This document shows, piece by piece, positions 1 to 8,788 of a stretch of 64,000 nucleotides of DNA (the first letter of the stretch is position 1; each line of letters begins with the position of its first letter). Where the stretch lies: assembly GCA_023623175.1 (NCBI GenBank), contig JAMNXU010000026.1, forward strand, positions 10,383 to 74,382. Reading direction: 5' to 3'. This stretch comes from Bacillota bacterium (GTDB lineage Bacteria > Bacillota > Clostridia > Acetivibrionales > JAMNXU01). The translations under genes and the position numbers were made by a program. A model generated the notes under the pieces. It was not told the DNA's origin, searched no databases, and saw only the letters and a program-made list of their open reading frames with translations.

Positions 1-239
1 CGGGCGACATGGACGAGAACAATCCGCTGTACGGCCTCTACAGGTTTAAAAAAGGTTTTAACGGCGAACTTGTGGAACTTGTCGGTGAGCTGGATTACGT
101 TTTCAATCCCTTTGTCTATTTTGCGGTGGAAAAGGGCATGAAACTCTTTAAGGCGGCACGAACGGCCCTGTACAATTTCCGCCGGAAATTGCATCCCGCC
201 GGGGATGACAAGACAGGAAGCAGCAATGATTCGGAATAA
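1..239 (+). CDS. FemAB-family peptidoglycan interpeptide-bridge aminoacyltransferase, C-terminal fragment (5' end lies outside the window)
   Basis: The reading frame is open to the window edge. The tail NPLYGLYRFKKGFNGELVELVGELDYVFNP matches the conserved C-terminal YxFKxGFGG block of FemA/FemB/FemX/MurM enzymes. Confidence 0.65.
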   Translation, partial: GDMDENNPLYGLYRFKKGFNGELVELVGELDYVFNPFVYFAVEKGMKLFKAARTALYNFRRKLHPAGDDKTGSSNDSE

Positions 240-413
240 AAACAGTTAAAATACTAAAAGCCCGGTTGTTTTTTAAGCAAAAACCCGTTTGATTTTTGCA
301 TGCATACCTGGTTGCTTTGGTACAAACAATTTGATACAAACAATTTGGTACAAACAATCGGCACAGATTAACAACAGGTCCAAATACCGTAAATTTGTTA
401 TTAAGAGGGCAAG

Positions 414-1499
414 ATGAAGAAACTCGTGGTAGAAACGAAAAAACTTGCAGATAATATTGAAAAAATTAAATCCATGACCTCCTCGAGGATAATCGCCGTG
501 CTGAAAGGCAACGCCTACGGCCTTGGCCTCGTGGAAACCGCAAAAATAATGCGTGAACACGGCATAGATTTCTTTGCCGTTTCGGAAATTGAAGAAGCAC
601 TCAGGCTTCGTTCCGAGGGGATAACGGACGAAATACTGCTGATGTACTCGACCGCAAACCATGAAGAAATCAGGTGCTTGCTCGGTAACGGCATTATCCC
701 GACTGTAGGTTCTTTTGCTTCGCTGGCTGCCGTAAACGAAGTCGCTACTGCTATGCAGCTCTCTGCCGTTGTTCACCTGAAACTCGACACAGGTTTCGGA
801 AGATACGGCTTTCTGCCCGACCAGGTGGACAAGCTCTGCGAAGCCCTGAAGGAAAGCAGTGGCGTGAAAATTGGAGGAACCTACACCCATTTATCTTCAT
901 CTTTTGCAAAAAAGCCCGGAATAACCTTCAGGCAGTATGATACATTTATGAAATGCATAGACCAGATGAAAAACCTGGATGTCGATCCCGGCATGCTCCA
1001 TATTGCCAACTCATGCGCATTCCTGCAATATGAAAAACTGCATCTTGACGCGGTGCGCATCGGTTCGGCCTTTTTGGGGCGCATACCCATACAGAACCGC
1101 TGGGGTCTGAACCGCATTGGGTATTTGAAGTCCTGCCTGTCGGAGGTCAAAACACTTCCCGCTAAACATTCCATTGGTTATGCCAATACTTTCCGCACGC
1201 GGTCGGAAGTGAAAATCGGGATCGTACCCGTTGGATATTTCGACGGCTTCGGAGTTGAAAAAACAAGGGATACCTTTAGATTTATCGATATAATCCGGTA
1301 CCTGTACCACGACATCAGGAGCTGCAAAAAGCGCCTTTACGTAAGGATAAAAGGCCAGAATGCCCGTATCCTGGGCAGGATCAACATGTTCAATATTGTC
1401 GTGGACTTAACCGGTATTGAGGCTGGCACGGGCGACGAGGTCACGCTTGATGTCAATCCGCTGTTTGTTAACCCGTACGTTGAAAGGGAGTACATATGA
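414..1499 (+). CDS. alr: PLP-dependent alanine racemase family protein (divergent)
   Basis: The N-terminal barrel carries the PLP-lysine block AVLKGNAYGLG. SIGYANTF and PVGYFDGFG correspond to the catalytic-Tyr and GYADG blocks. An RBS (AAGAGGG) precedes the ATG at 414. Confidence 0.8.
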   Translation: MKKLVVETKKLADNIEKIKSMTSSRIIAVLKGNAYGLGLVETAKIMREHGIDFFAVSEIEEALRLRSEGITDEILLMYSTANHEEIRCLLGNGIIPTVGSFASLAAVNEVATAMQLSAVVHLKLDTGFGRYGFLPDQVDKLCEALKESSGVKIGGTYTHLSSSFAKKPGITFRQYDTFMKCIDQMKNLDVDPGMLHIANSCAFLQYEKLHLDAVRIGSAFLGRIPIQNRWGLNRIGYLKSCLSEVKTLPAKHSIGYANTFRTRSEVKIGIVPVGYFDGFGVEKTRDTFRFIDIIRYLYHDIRSCKKRLYVRIKGQNARILGRINMFNIVVDLTGIEAGTGDEVTLDVNPLFVNPYVEREYI

Positions 1500-1539
1500 T
1501 ATCCGTGCACATATATATCCATATATCCGGGAGGTTGCC

Positions 1540-3741
1540 GTGGAAAAGCTGAAGTTAAAATTAAAAGACCGATACAATATCATGCTGATACTTTTCGTAC
1601 TGGCCGGCGCCGTCATAATAGGCCAGCTTGTAAACCTGCAGCTGGTCAACGGCAGCCAGAACCTTGAGGAATCCAAGATGAAGCTTCTCAACACGTGGAA
1701 GGTCACTGCAAGAAGGGGAAATATCCTTGACAGAAACGGAATCCCGCTTGCAATAAGCAGGCAGGCCTACAAGGTACAGATAATAAAGGCAAAGCTCAGC
1801 GATGATGAACTGAACCGGTGCCTTTACAACCTCATTAAGCTTTTCGAGAGAAACAATGAGTCATGGTTCAATGATTTCACGAAACTCATAACTTTTGAAA
1901 AAGTAACGGAAAAAGGAACCGACGGCAAAAACACAACGGTAATAAAGCTTGGTTTCGGTCCCTGGACCTCAGGGAAAACCTCCAAGGAAAAACTGGAGTC
2001 GCTCAAGGCGACCTTCAAAAGGGAACTCGGGCTTCGCAGCGCCAGGCTTAACAGCATATCATCGCTGACGGAATTTTTTGAATATCTCCGCAACGATGTG
2101 TACAAGATTGACAAAAAATTTTCCGATGAAGACGCTTACAAAATAATGACACTGCGGTATCAGATCAGGGGATTTGACACCAACACTCCCATGACCATTG
2201 CCCAGGACGTCAGCGAAAAGACAATGGCGATTATAGAAGAAATGCACAATGAGTACCCTGGAGTCACAACGGACGTAGAGCCCGTTCGCATGTACATGGA
2301 CGGGTATCTCGCAGCCCATGTCCTTGGCTATGTTGGAAAGATAGACGAACCCAAAAAGGGATATGACATAAACAGCATCATAGGAAAATGCGGCGTCGAA
2401 CTCGCAGCGGAAAAATATCTTCGCGGAAAGGACGGGATACGGTCGGTCAAGGTAAATACCATGGGCCGTAAGACCGGTGACCTGGATTACAACGAAGAAC
2501 CGGCCATTCCCGGCAACGATGTCCAGATCACGCTGGATATGAATCTGCAAAGAGTCGCCGCCCAGGCACTGGAAAGAAGGATATATGAAATCAGGCAAAA
2601 CTCGTATGAATACGGTACCTGGGACAGGAGAAACTTCCGCGATGCATGCGCCGGCGCCGTTGTCGCCATTGATGTGCGTACCGGGGAAGTTCTTGCAATG
2701 GCCAGCTATCCTTCTTATGATCCGTCCCTGTTTTTGCCCGGTTCAAAAACGAAGCAGGAACTCCAGGCCCTCGAGGACCTGCTTACAAACAAGAGCGGCT
2801 TATTCAACATGAACAACAGGGCCATTTCAGGCTCCTATGCCCCGGGCTCCACGTTCAAACCCCTTGTTGCCATTGCGGGACTTGAAGAAGGGGTAATAAA
2901 ACCCGGTGAAAAAATCCTTGACGAGGGTTACCTGAGATTCTCAGACCGCACGCTGTACTGCCTTTCGGGCGGACATGGCTATATAAACGTACAGCAGGGA
3001 CTGTACACCTCGTGCAACATATTCTTTTACAAGATAGGCATGGCAACTGGTATAGACAAGATAGCCAAATGGGCCACCTATTTCGGGCTTGGCAAAAAAA
3101 CGGGCATTGACGTGGACTCCGGCGCCGAGTCTGCCGGAACGCTGGCAACAAGGGAGTTAAAATGGAAAATCGAGGGCACCGAATGGTACCCGCTGAACAC
3201 GGCAATGGCCTCCATAGGGCAGCTATACAACAGCTTCACCCCGCTGCAGCTCGCCAACTACACTGCGGCCATCGCCAACGGAGGACGCCTGTACCGCCCA
3301 TATATCATTAAAAGAGTGATAGACAACAACGGACAAATTATACAGGAGACTACTCCCAAGTACAAGAAAATACCCGTCAAGGAATCTACGCTCAAGGCAA
3401 TCCGCGAAGGCATGGAAGCCGTTACAAGCCACTACGACGGGACGGCCACCGTCGTGTTCAGGGACCTTCCCATCAAGGTTGCCGGAAAAACCGGTACTGC
3501 CGAAGTAGGAACGGGAAGCGGAGAAACGAAATCCAACAACGGTGTATTCATATCCTACGCTCCCGCCGGCGACCCGAACAGGCCGCCTGAAATCGCGGTG
3601 GCAGTGGTTATTGAGCACGGAGTCTATGGGTACTTTGCGGCGCAGGTGGCAAAAGAGATATTTATAGAATACTTTGGCCTGAACAAGACCAAGACCGATT
3701 CCAGCGCGCTGACCGCCGACGTGCCCCAGATTATATGGTAA
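1540..3741 (+). CDS. Class B penicillin-binding protein (PBP2-type transpeptidase)
   Basis: It has an N-terminal TM anchor (IMLILFVLAGAVIIGQL) and the SxxK (GSTFKP), SxN (TSCN) and KTG (AGKTGTAE) motifs. I moved the start to the GTG at 1540, 6 nt after GGGAGG. The track ORF start at 1417 overlaps alr and has no RBS. Confidence 0.85.
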   Translation: MEKLKLKLKDRYNIMLILFVLAGAVIIGQLVNLQLVNGSQNLEESKMKLLNTWKVTARRGNILDRNGIPLAISRQAYKVQIIKAKLSDDELNRCLYNLIKLFERNNESWFNDFTKLITFEKVTEKGTDGKNTTVIKLGFGPWTSGKTSKEKLESLKATFKRELGLRSARLNSISSLTEFFEYLRNDVYKIDKKFSDEDAYKIMTLRYQIRGFDTNTPMTIAQDVSEKTMAIIEEMHNEYPGVTTDVEPVRMYMDGYLAAHVLGYVGKIDEPKKGYDINSIIGKCGVELAAEKYLRGKDGIRSVKVNTMGRKTGDLDYNEEPAIPGNDVQITLDMNLQRVAAQALERRIYEIRQNSYEYGTWDRRNFRDACAGAVVAIDVRTGEVLAMASYPSYDPSLFLPGSKTKQELQALEDLLTNKSGLFNMNNRAISGSYAPGSTFKPLVAIAGLEEGVIKPGEKILDEGYLRFSDRTLYCLSGGHGYINVQQGLYTSCNIFFYKIGMATGIDKIAKWATYFGLGKKTGIDVDSGAESAGTLATRELKWKIEGTEWYPLNTAMASIGQLYNSFTPLQLANYTAAIANGGRLYRPYIIKRVIDNNGQIIQETTPKYKKIPVKESTLKAIREGMEAVTSHYDGTATVVFRDLPIKVAGKTGTAEVGTGSGETKSNNGVFISYAPAGDPNRPPEIAVAVVIEHGVYGYFAAQVAKEIFIEYFGLNKTKTDSSALTADVPQIIW

Positions 3742-3889
3742 GTCAATAGTGTAGTTAAAGTAAGTCATTAGTGTAGTTAACAATTTAATGCTATGGCAAA
3801 TGTCCAATGGGCTGGAAAATAAATTTTTCAAATAATTCTCCAAATAATACCTTAAGTAATACCTCAAATAATTCCTTTAAGCATTACAA

Positions 3890-3940
3890 GTAAAAACAGC
3901 CGCCGACAAACCGGTTTGACCGGCAAATCGGCGGCTGATT
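3890..3940 (-). terminator. Intrinsic terminator downstream of proA (weakly bidirectional, also follows PBP2)
   Basis: A GC-rich stem (CAGCCGCCGA...TCGGCG(C)CTG with an inner CCGG/CCGG pairing) is followed by TTTTTAC on the minus strand. Confidence 0.6.
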
Positions 3941-3988
3941 TCATCAGCGGATGTTTTGTCAGCAGATGTTTTGTCAGCGGATGGCTTT

Positions 3989-5239
3989 TCAGCGAATCTG
4001 TCCGCTTCCGAATATAATATACTTGGTTGTCGTCAATTCTCTAAGCCCTATGGGCCCGCGGGCATGAAGCTTCTGGTTGCTTATTCCGATTTCGGCGCCG
4101 AAACCGAATTCCCCGCCGTCGGTAAACCGAGTTGAAGCATTTACATATACGGCGGCAGCGTCGACCTCCTGGAGGAACTTCCGGGCATTGTCATAATTCC
4201 TCGTAACTATCGCCTCGGAGTGTTTCGTGCCGTATTTATTAATGTGGTCAATGGCTTCTTCAAGGCTGTCGACGACTTTTACGGCCAAAATGTAATCGAG
4301 GTACTCGGTGTACCAGTCCTCCTCCGTTGCCGGCAATGCATCGGGGAAGATTGCGCGCGTCTTTTCGCAGCCCCTGAGCTCTACTCCCAGGTTTTTCAGC
4401 GAAGCGAGGGCTGACGGGATGAATTTTTCCGCCACCGCCGCATGGACGAGCAGTGTTTCGGCGGCATTGCAGACGGCCGGCCTGCTTGTTTTTGCGTTTA
4501 TAATGATTTTTTCTCCCATTTCAAGGTCGGCGTCGCTGTCAATATACACATGGCAGTTGCCCGTTCCTGTCTCAATCACGGGCACCGTGGCATTTTTCAC
4601 CACCGCCTCTATAAGTCCTGCACCTCCGCGCGGTATCAGCAGGTCAACATATTTATTGAGCTTCATGAGCTCTGTTGCCGTTTCCCTGCTGGTATCCTCC
4701 ACAAGCTGCACCGCGTCCTCGGGCACATCGGTTCCCGCCAGGGCTTCTGAAATCACTTTTACGATGGCCTTGTTTGAATTGATGGCTTCGCTTCCTCCCC
4801 TGAGAATAACTGCGTTGCCGGACTTCAGGCAAAGTCCTGCGGCATCGGTGGTCACATTGGGCCTTGCCTCGTAAACCATGCCAATGACACCGATAGGCAC
4901 CCTCTGCTGTCCTATCTGCAGGCCGTTTGGGCGCTTCCACATGGAAATCACTTCCCCGACGGGATCGGGGAGCGCTGCTATTTGCCTCAATCCGTCGGCC
5001 ATGCCCGCTATTCTTTCGGGATTGAGTGTAAGCCTGTCTATCATTGCCCTGGAAACGTTCTTCTTCCGCGCGTTTTCCACGTCGACTTGATTTGCCTCAA
5101 GTATGCTGTCACAATTCTGTACAAGGAAATCGGCCATCCTGTTAAGCGCTTTGTCCTTTTGTGCCGATGACAGGCTGCTCAGTCTGAACGCAGCCTTTTT
5201 GGCCTTCTCTCCCTTTAAAAGCAGCTCGCTCACATTCAC
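3989..5239 (-). CDS. proA: Gamma-glutamyl phosphate reductase
   Basis: Full-length match to ProA-type aldehyde dehydrogenases. The N-terminus [26 protein letters not shown] and the ...[16 protein letters not shown]... block are typical. Start codon is GTG. Confidence 0.95.
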   Translation of the reverse strand: MNVSELLLKGEKAKKAAFRLSSLSSAQKDKALNRMADFLVQNCDSILEANQVDVENARKKNVSRAMIDRLTLNPERIAGMADGLRQIAALPDPVGEVISMWKRPNGLQIGQQRVPIGVIGMVYEARPNVTTDAAGLCLKSGNAVILRGGSEAINSNKAIVKVISEALAGTDVPEDAVQLVEDTSRETATELMKLNKYVDLLIPRGGAGLIEAVVKNATVPVIETGTGNCHVYIDSDADLEMGEKIIINAKTSRPAVCNAAETLLVHAAVAEKFIPSALASLKNLGVELRGCEKTRAIFPDALPATEEDWYTEYLDYILAVKVVDSLEEAIDHINKYGTKHSEAIVTRNYDNARKFLQEVDAAAVYVNASTRFTDGGEFGFGAEIGISNQKLHARGPIGLRELTTTKYIIFGSGQIR

Positions 5240-6062
5240 CTTCCCCTTTCTGCGCTAAGAATAACGTGCCTATATTTTCACCGTCAAGTACTCTCATTAT
5301 AATACCCGGGTCATCCCCGCTGGTCAAAACCATGTCCACGCCGGCACATGTAGCAATTTTTGCGGCATTGAGCTTGGTCACCATCCCGCCCGTGCCACGG
5401 CTAGTACCGGCTCCGCCGGCGCAGTGTTCGAGTTCGGGCGTAATTTTTTCAACAATGGATATTAATTTCGACGAGGAATTCTTCCTCGGGTCGCTGTCAT
5501 AAAATCCGTCTATGTCTGAAAGAATTATAAGCAAATCGGCGCATACAATCTTGGCGACTATGGCCGAAAGGGTGTCGTTTTCACTGAAGGTGTCTTCCTG
5601 GCCTATGGTTATTTCCACAACCGATACCGAGTCATTTTCGTTTACTATGGGAATAATGCCTTTTTCCAGCAGCGTTTCAAAAGTATTAATGACATTCTGC
5701 CTGCAGTACTCGTCCCCGAGAACGTCGCGCGTAAGCAGTATCTGGGCCACGATATGCCCGTACTCGGAAAAAAACTTGCTGTACATGTGCATGAGTTCAC
5801 ACTGGCCTACGGCGGCCACTGCCTGTTTTTCCCTTATTTCCTTCGGCCTGCCGGGCAGCTTCAGCTTTTCAACCCCGACGCCGATGGCGCCCGATGTTAC
5901 AAGAATGACCTCCTTCCCCTGGTTGCTGAGGTCCGAAAGGACCCTTGCGAGTTTGTCCATTCTTGTAAAGTTCATTTTGCCGTTGTCATAGGTAAGGGTG
6001 GATGTGCCGACCTTTACAACTATTCTTTTTGCATTCCTTAGCCTGCTTCTGTAATTGTCCAT
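5142..6062 (-). CDS. proB: Glutamate 5-kinase (short form, no PUA domain)
   Basis: [13 protein letters not shown] and the amino-acid kinase fold are present. The start is set at MDNYRS (6062). The 3' end overlaps proA by 98 nt. Confidence 0.9.
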   Translation of the reverse strand: MDNYRSRLRNAKRIVVKVGTSTLTYDNGKMNFTRMDKLARVLSDLSNQGKEVILVTSGAIGVGVEKLKLPGRPKEIREKQAVAAVGQCELMHMYSKFFSEYGHIVAQILLTRDVLGDEYCRQNVINTFETLLEKGIIPIVNENDSVSVVEITIGQEDTFSENDTLSAIVAKIVCADLLIILSDIDGFYDSDPRKNSSSKLISIVEKITPELEHCAGGAGTSRGTGGMVTKLNAAKIATCAGVDMVLTSGDDPGIIMRVLDGENIGTLFLAQKGEGECERAAFKGREGQKGCVQTEQPVIGTKGQSA

Positions 6063-6236
6063 ACAGCAAAACCTCTTTTTATGTGCATATTTATACGCAA
6101 ATGATATTTTCATCAATTATACAATAAAAGCAGTCAATTTGCTATACATAACATATGATGCGGAAATTGCAGTGCTGTATAAAAAATATAATTTGCGATT
6201 CGAAGGCCGGATGCTTTCAAAAGGACCACTCTAAAT

Positions 6237-6959
6237 TCACATCTTCGCCAGCGTGATGTCGCCCCAGGCCGCAAGCCTGTCCCCCACGATGACCAACGCT
6301 CCCTCAACTCCCTCGATTGAAGCAGCGAATTCAAGGGCCCGTTCCATATCATCGGCGCATTTCACATGGTTGCCGAGCGCCGTGGCAGCGGCGTCTGCCA
6401 GGGCGGCGTCCCGCGCCAGTATAACGGCGGCATCAGCTTTGCCGAAGCTGAGCGAATGGCCTACGGTCCCCGAGGACGTGCATATTCCCACGGGAGTCCT
6501 GCCCGGCTCGATTTCCACGGCTATTTTCTGGCTCAGCGGAGATAAGCCGGCATAAATGCCTATTTTTCTAACAGAATTGGTTTTAATAAATATATCGCCG
6601 CCGTTTTCCACAATTACCTCGGGACTATGCTTCAGCAGTTCCTTTCCCACGGCTTCGCTTATTGCCCCCGCCACGGCTGCCATTGGTCCGACACCAGCCT
6701 TTTTCGCGGCCTCGCACATGCTTATTGCGATGTCCGGTGCGCCGGGCAAAGGTGATACCGGCACAAGCGAAGTCAAAAAAACAGGTTGCAGCTTTATATA
6801 AACTTCGAGCTGCAGCCTGTATTTCCTTACAAGACTTAAAGCCAGGTCGTGGAGATTTGAATGCGCAGCAATCTGCAAATCGGTTTCCCTGACGCACACG
6901 TTAAAATACTCGAGATTGGCGGCTTTGAACAGATTGCGGTATTTCCTTTCTTCATACAT
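6237..6959 (-). CDS. UPF0280 / COG2122 ApbE-superfamily protein (sulfide-dependent Cys/Hcy biosynthesis accessory protein)
   Basis: Length and sequence are typical of UPF0280 (GVGPMAAVAGAISE..., GICTSSGTVGHSLSFGKADA). It lies immediately downstream of the COG1900 and NIL-ferredoxin genes. Confidence 0.7.
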   Translation of the reverse strand: MYEERKYRNLFKAANLEYFNVCVRETDLQIAAHSNLHDLALSLVRKYRLQLEVYIKLQPVFLTSLVPVSPLPGAPDIAISMCEAAKKAGVGPMAAVAGAISEAVGKELLKHSPEVIVENGGDIFIKTNSVRKIGIYAGLSPLSQKIAVEIEPGRTPVGICTSSGTVGHSLSFGKADAAVILARDAALADAAATALGNHVKCADDMERALEFAASIEGVEGALVIVGDRLAAWGDITLAKM

Positions 6960-7091
6960 CGGACATCTCTCCGGATTTATTCAAGAACTTCTGCCAAAGG
7001 CCTTCATATCATTAAATCAGGTACCAGTAGAGCTCCCGGCCGGGAGCAAGCGGACCTGTCGTTAAATGTTACATGCTCATGACTTCCAATG

Positions 7092-7490
7092 TTACACGCT
7101 CATGACTTTCAGCGGGCAGGCCTTTACGCACAATTCGCAGACATAGCATTTTTCCTTGTCAAAGGTCAGGCTCCAGTCATGCTTGTCCATCTGGAGCGCT
7201 CCCGACGGGCAGACGGCTGTGCATGCTCCGCAATGGACGCATTTGTCCTCCTGCCAGATGATGCTTTTATTGAACAATTTGTATCTTATACCCTCTCTCT
7301 CCAGGAATCCCAGGCCTTCGCGGATATTGGCCTCGTCCCCCTCAAAATCGGCTACCAGCCTGCCTTCCTTGTTCAGGCTTACATCGGCATTCAGTATGTT
7401 TATGCGCAGGTCAAAATCCTTTATGAGGTGATAGGTAACGGGTTTTGTAACCTTGTCCGCAGGGAAACTCATGTATACCTTAATCTTCAT
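7092..7490 (-). CDS. NIL-domain protein fused to a 2x[4Fe-4S] ferredoxin (MA1822-like)
   Basis: An N-terminal NIL-like domain is followed by two CxxCxxCxxxCP motifs (CVHCGACTAVCP and CYVCELCVKACP). Confidence 0.8.
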   Translation of the reverse strand: MKIKVYMSFPADKVTKPVTYHLIKDFDLRINILNADVSLNKEGRLVADFEGDEANIREGLGFLEREGIRYKLFNKSIIWQEDKCVHCGACTAVCPSGALQMDKHDWSLTFDKEKCYVCELCVKACPLKVMSV

Positions 7491-8643
7491 TCCGGGGCCT
7501 CCTGACTTCGAGTTTATTCACCTTGTTGTGCATGGGAAGCGGCGCAACGGGCGCCGTCAGCAAAAATTCCCCGCGGGAAATTTTCTTCTTAAGGAGCTGT
7601 GCAATTTCCCTGGCCTTCCTGAGGCTTGAAAGCGGAGCTGTCGGGATTTTCTTCCCCATGAGCTCCACATATCCGCTCCTGAGCTGCTGGTAGGAAGCGC
7701 TTCCGACCACTCCCATCTGCCCGCTCTTGTCGACAATATCGGTAAATAACTCGCTGTCCGAAACAGAAGCTTTTTCGACAACGTCCTCGTCAAGTGCGGG
7801 AATCGGTATACCTACGCCAATAAAAAGCGTAACACCGTATTTTTCAAAAACCGCCGCACGGACAAATTCAGTGCTCATTTCCTTCAAATTCCCTATCAAT
7901 GCAAGCGTGCCGGCTGCTGCGAGCGGAACGCCGTTTTCTCCCCTTTTCTGATCGGGATTGTGCTGCGTACCCTCCCAGGCCACGTATCCTTCCGCTCCCC
8001 CGAGAAAGACCCTCGTGCCTATTCCTATGGTCCTGTAATAGGGGTCATTCATTAGCGGGCTCAGTTGCCCCGAGGTAGTATAGGTAACGTTTCCGCAATG
8101 CGGCAACAGCGTGCCCATGTACGTGTACATGGTCCTGTCCGAAGCGTTGGTGGCCGCGTTGTAGTTCTGGTATACATTCCTGGGATTGAACATGAAGGCC
8201 TGGTTTATATTGTCCTTGTTTATGTATGTGGTGATTTCGCGCAGCGGATAACAGTCGGTTCCGTAGGATTCAGCATGCAGCTTAACGTCGCGCCCGGCAA
8301 TGAGGTCCTCGATTACATGGGCCCCGCCGTATTCCATACCCCGGGTCGCCGACAGTTCCGTGGCTCCTATGTAAGCATCCACCGCTGCAATACCCGCATA
8401 GGCAGGCACATCGTTAAGCCATACTTTGCTCATGCGTATCGGTGGATCCGAATGTCCGAAATTCAAAAATGCCCCGCTGGAGCACATGGGGCCGAAAGTG
8501 GCCGTGGTGATTACGTCAACTTCCCTGGCAGCCTGGCTGACGCCCTTCTCTGCCACCAGGTCGATAATTTCCTCAGCGGTAACAACAACAGCTTTCCCTT
8601 TCTTTATTTTCTCATTTATCTCTTCTATGCTTTTATACCCCAT
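7480..8643 (-). CDS. COG1900/DUF39 homocysteine biosynthesis protein (MA1821-like, without CBS domains)
   Basis: The family is recognised from the full-length sequence (...TATFGPMCSSGAFLNFGH..., ...GGAEGYVAWEGTQH...). The start is set at MGYKSIEE (8643), which has the RBS AAGAGGG. It overlaps the NIL-Fd start by 11 nt, consistent with an operon. Confidence 0.8.
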   Translation of the reverse strand: MGYKSIEEINEKIKKGKAVVVTAEEIIDLVAEKGVSQAAREVDVITTATFGPMCSSGAFLNFGHSDPPIRMSKVWLNDVPAYAGIAAVDAYIGATELSATRGMEYGGAHVIEDLIAGRDVKLHAESYGTDCYPLREITTYINKDNINQAFMFNPRNVYQNYNAATNASDRTMYTYMGTLLPHCGNVTYTTSGQLSPLMNDPYYRTIGIGTRVFLGGAEGYVAWEGTQHNPDQKRGENGVPLAAAGTLALIGNLKEMSTEFVRAAVFEKYGVTLFIGVGIPIPALDEDVVEKASVSDSELFTDIVDKSGQMGVVGSASYQQLRSGYVELMGKKIPTAPLSSLRKAREIAQLLKKKISRGEFLLTAPVAPLPMHNKVNKLEVRRPRNED

Positions 8644-8745
8644 ACCTTCGCCCTCTTTATTTTTCGTCATTTATCGTCAAATGAGGATAAACTGCAATAT
8701 CCGTCATTTCAGCGGAAATTGCAGCTTATCCCTGGTACAACTTCT

Positions 8746-8774
8746 ATTATAGGACTTAATTCCGTATAATTCAA
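8746..8774 (-). promoter_or_regulatory. Sigma-A type promoter for the homocysteine operon
   Basis: The minus strand reads TTGAAT - 17 nt - TATAAT. Confidence 0.5.
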
Positions 8775-8788
8775 CAAAATGTCGACAT

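Noticed and set aside
1417-1539. The track start at 1417 would give PBP2 an N-terminal extension.
   Set aside because: It overlaps the last 83 nt of alr, has no RBS and encodes a non-PBP-like sequence. The GTG at 1540 follows GGGAGG and sits just before the TM anchor.
6063-6236. A proline T-box or attenuator might lie upstream of proB.
   Set aside because: The spacer is short, with only an extended -10-like TGTATAAT and no conserved leader structure visible.
8671-8788. An S-box (SAM-I) riboswitch might lie upstream of the homocysteine operon.
   Set aside because: The leader is only about 75-100 nt, forms a single long hairpin, and lacks the four-helix junction and conserved S-box core segments.
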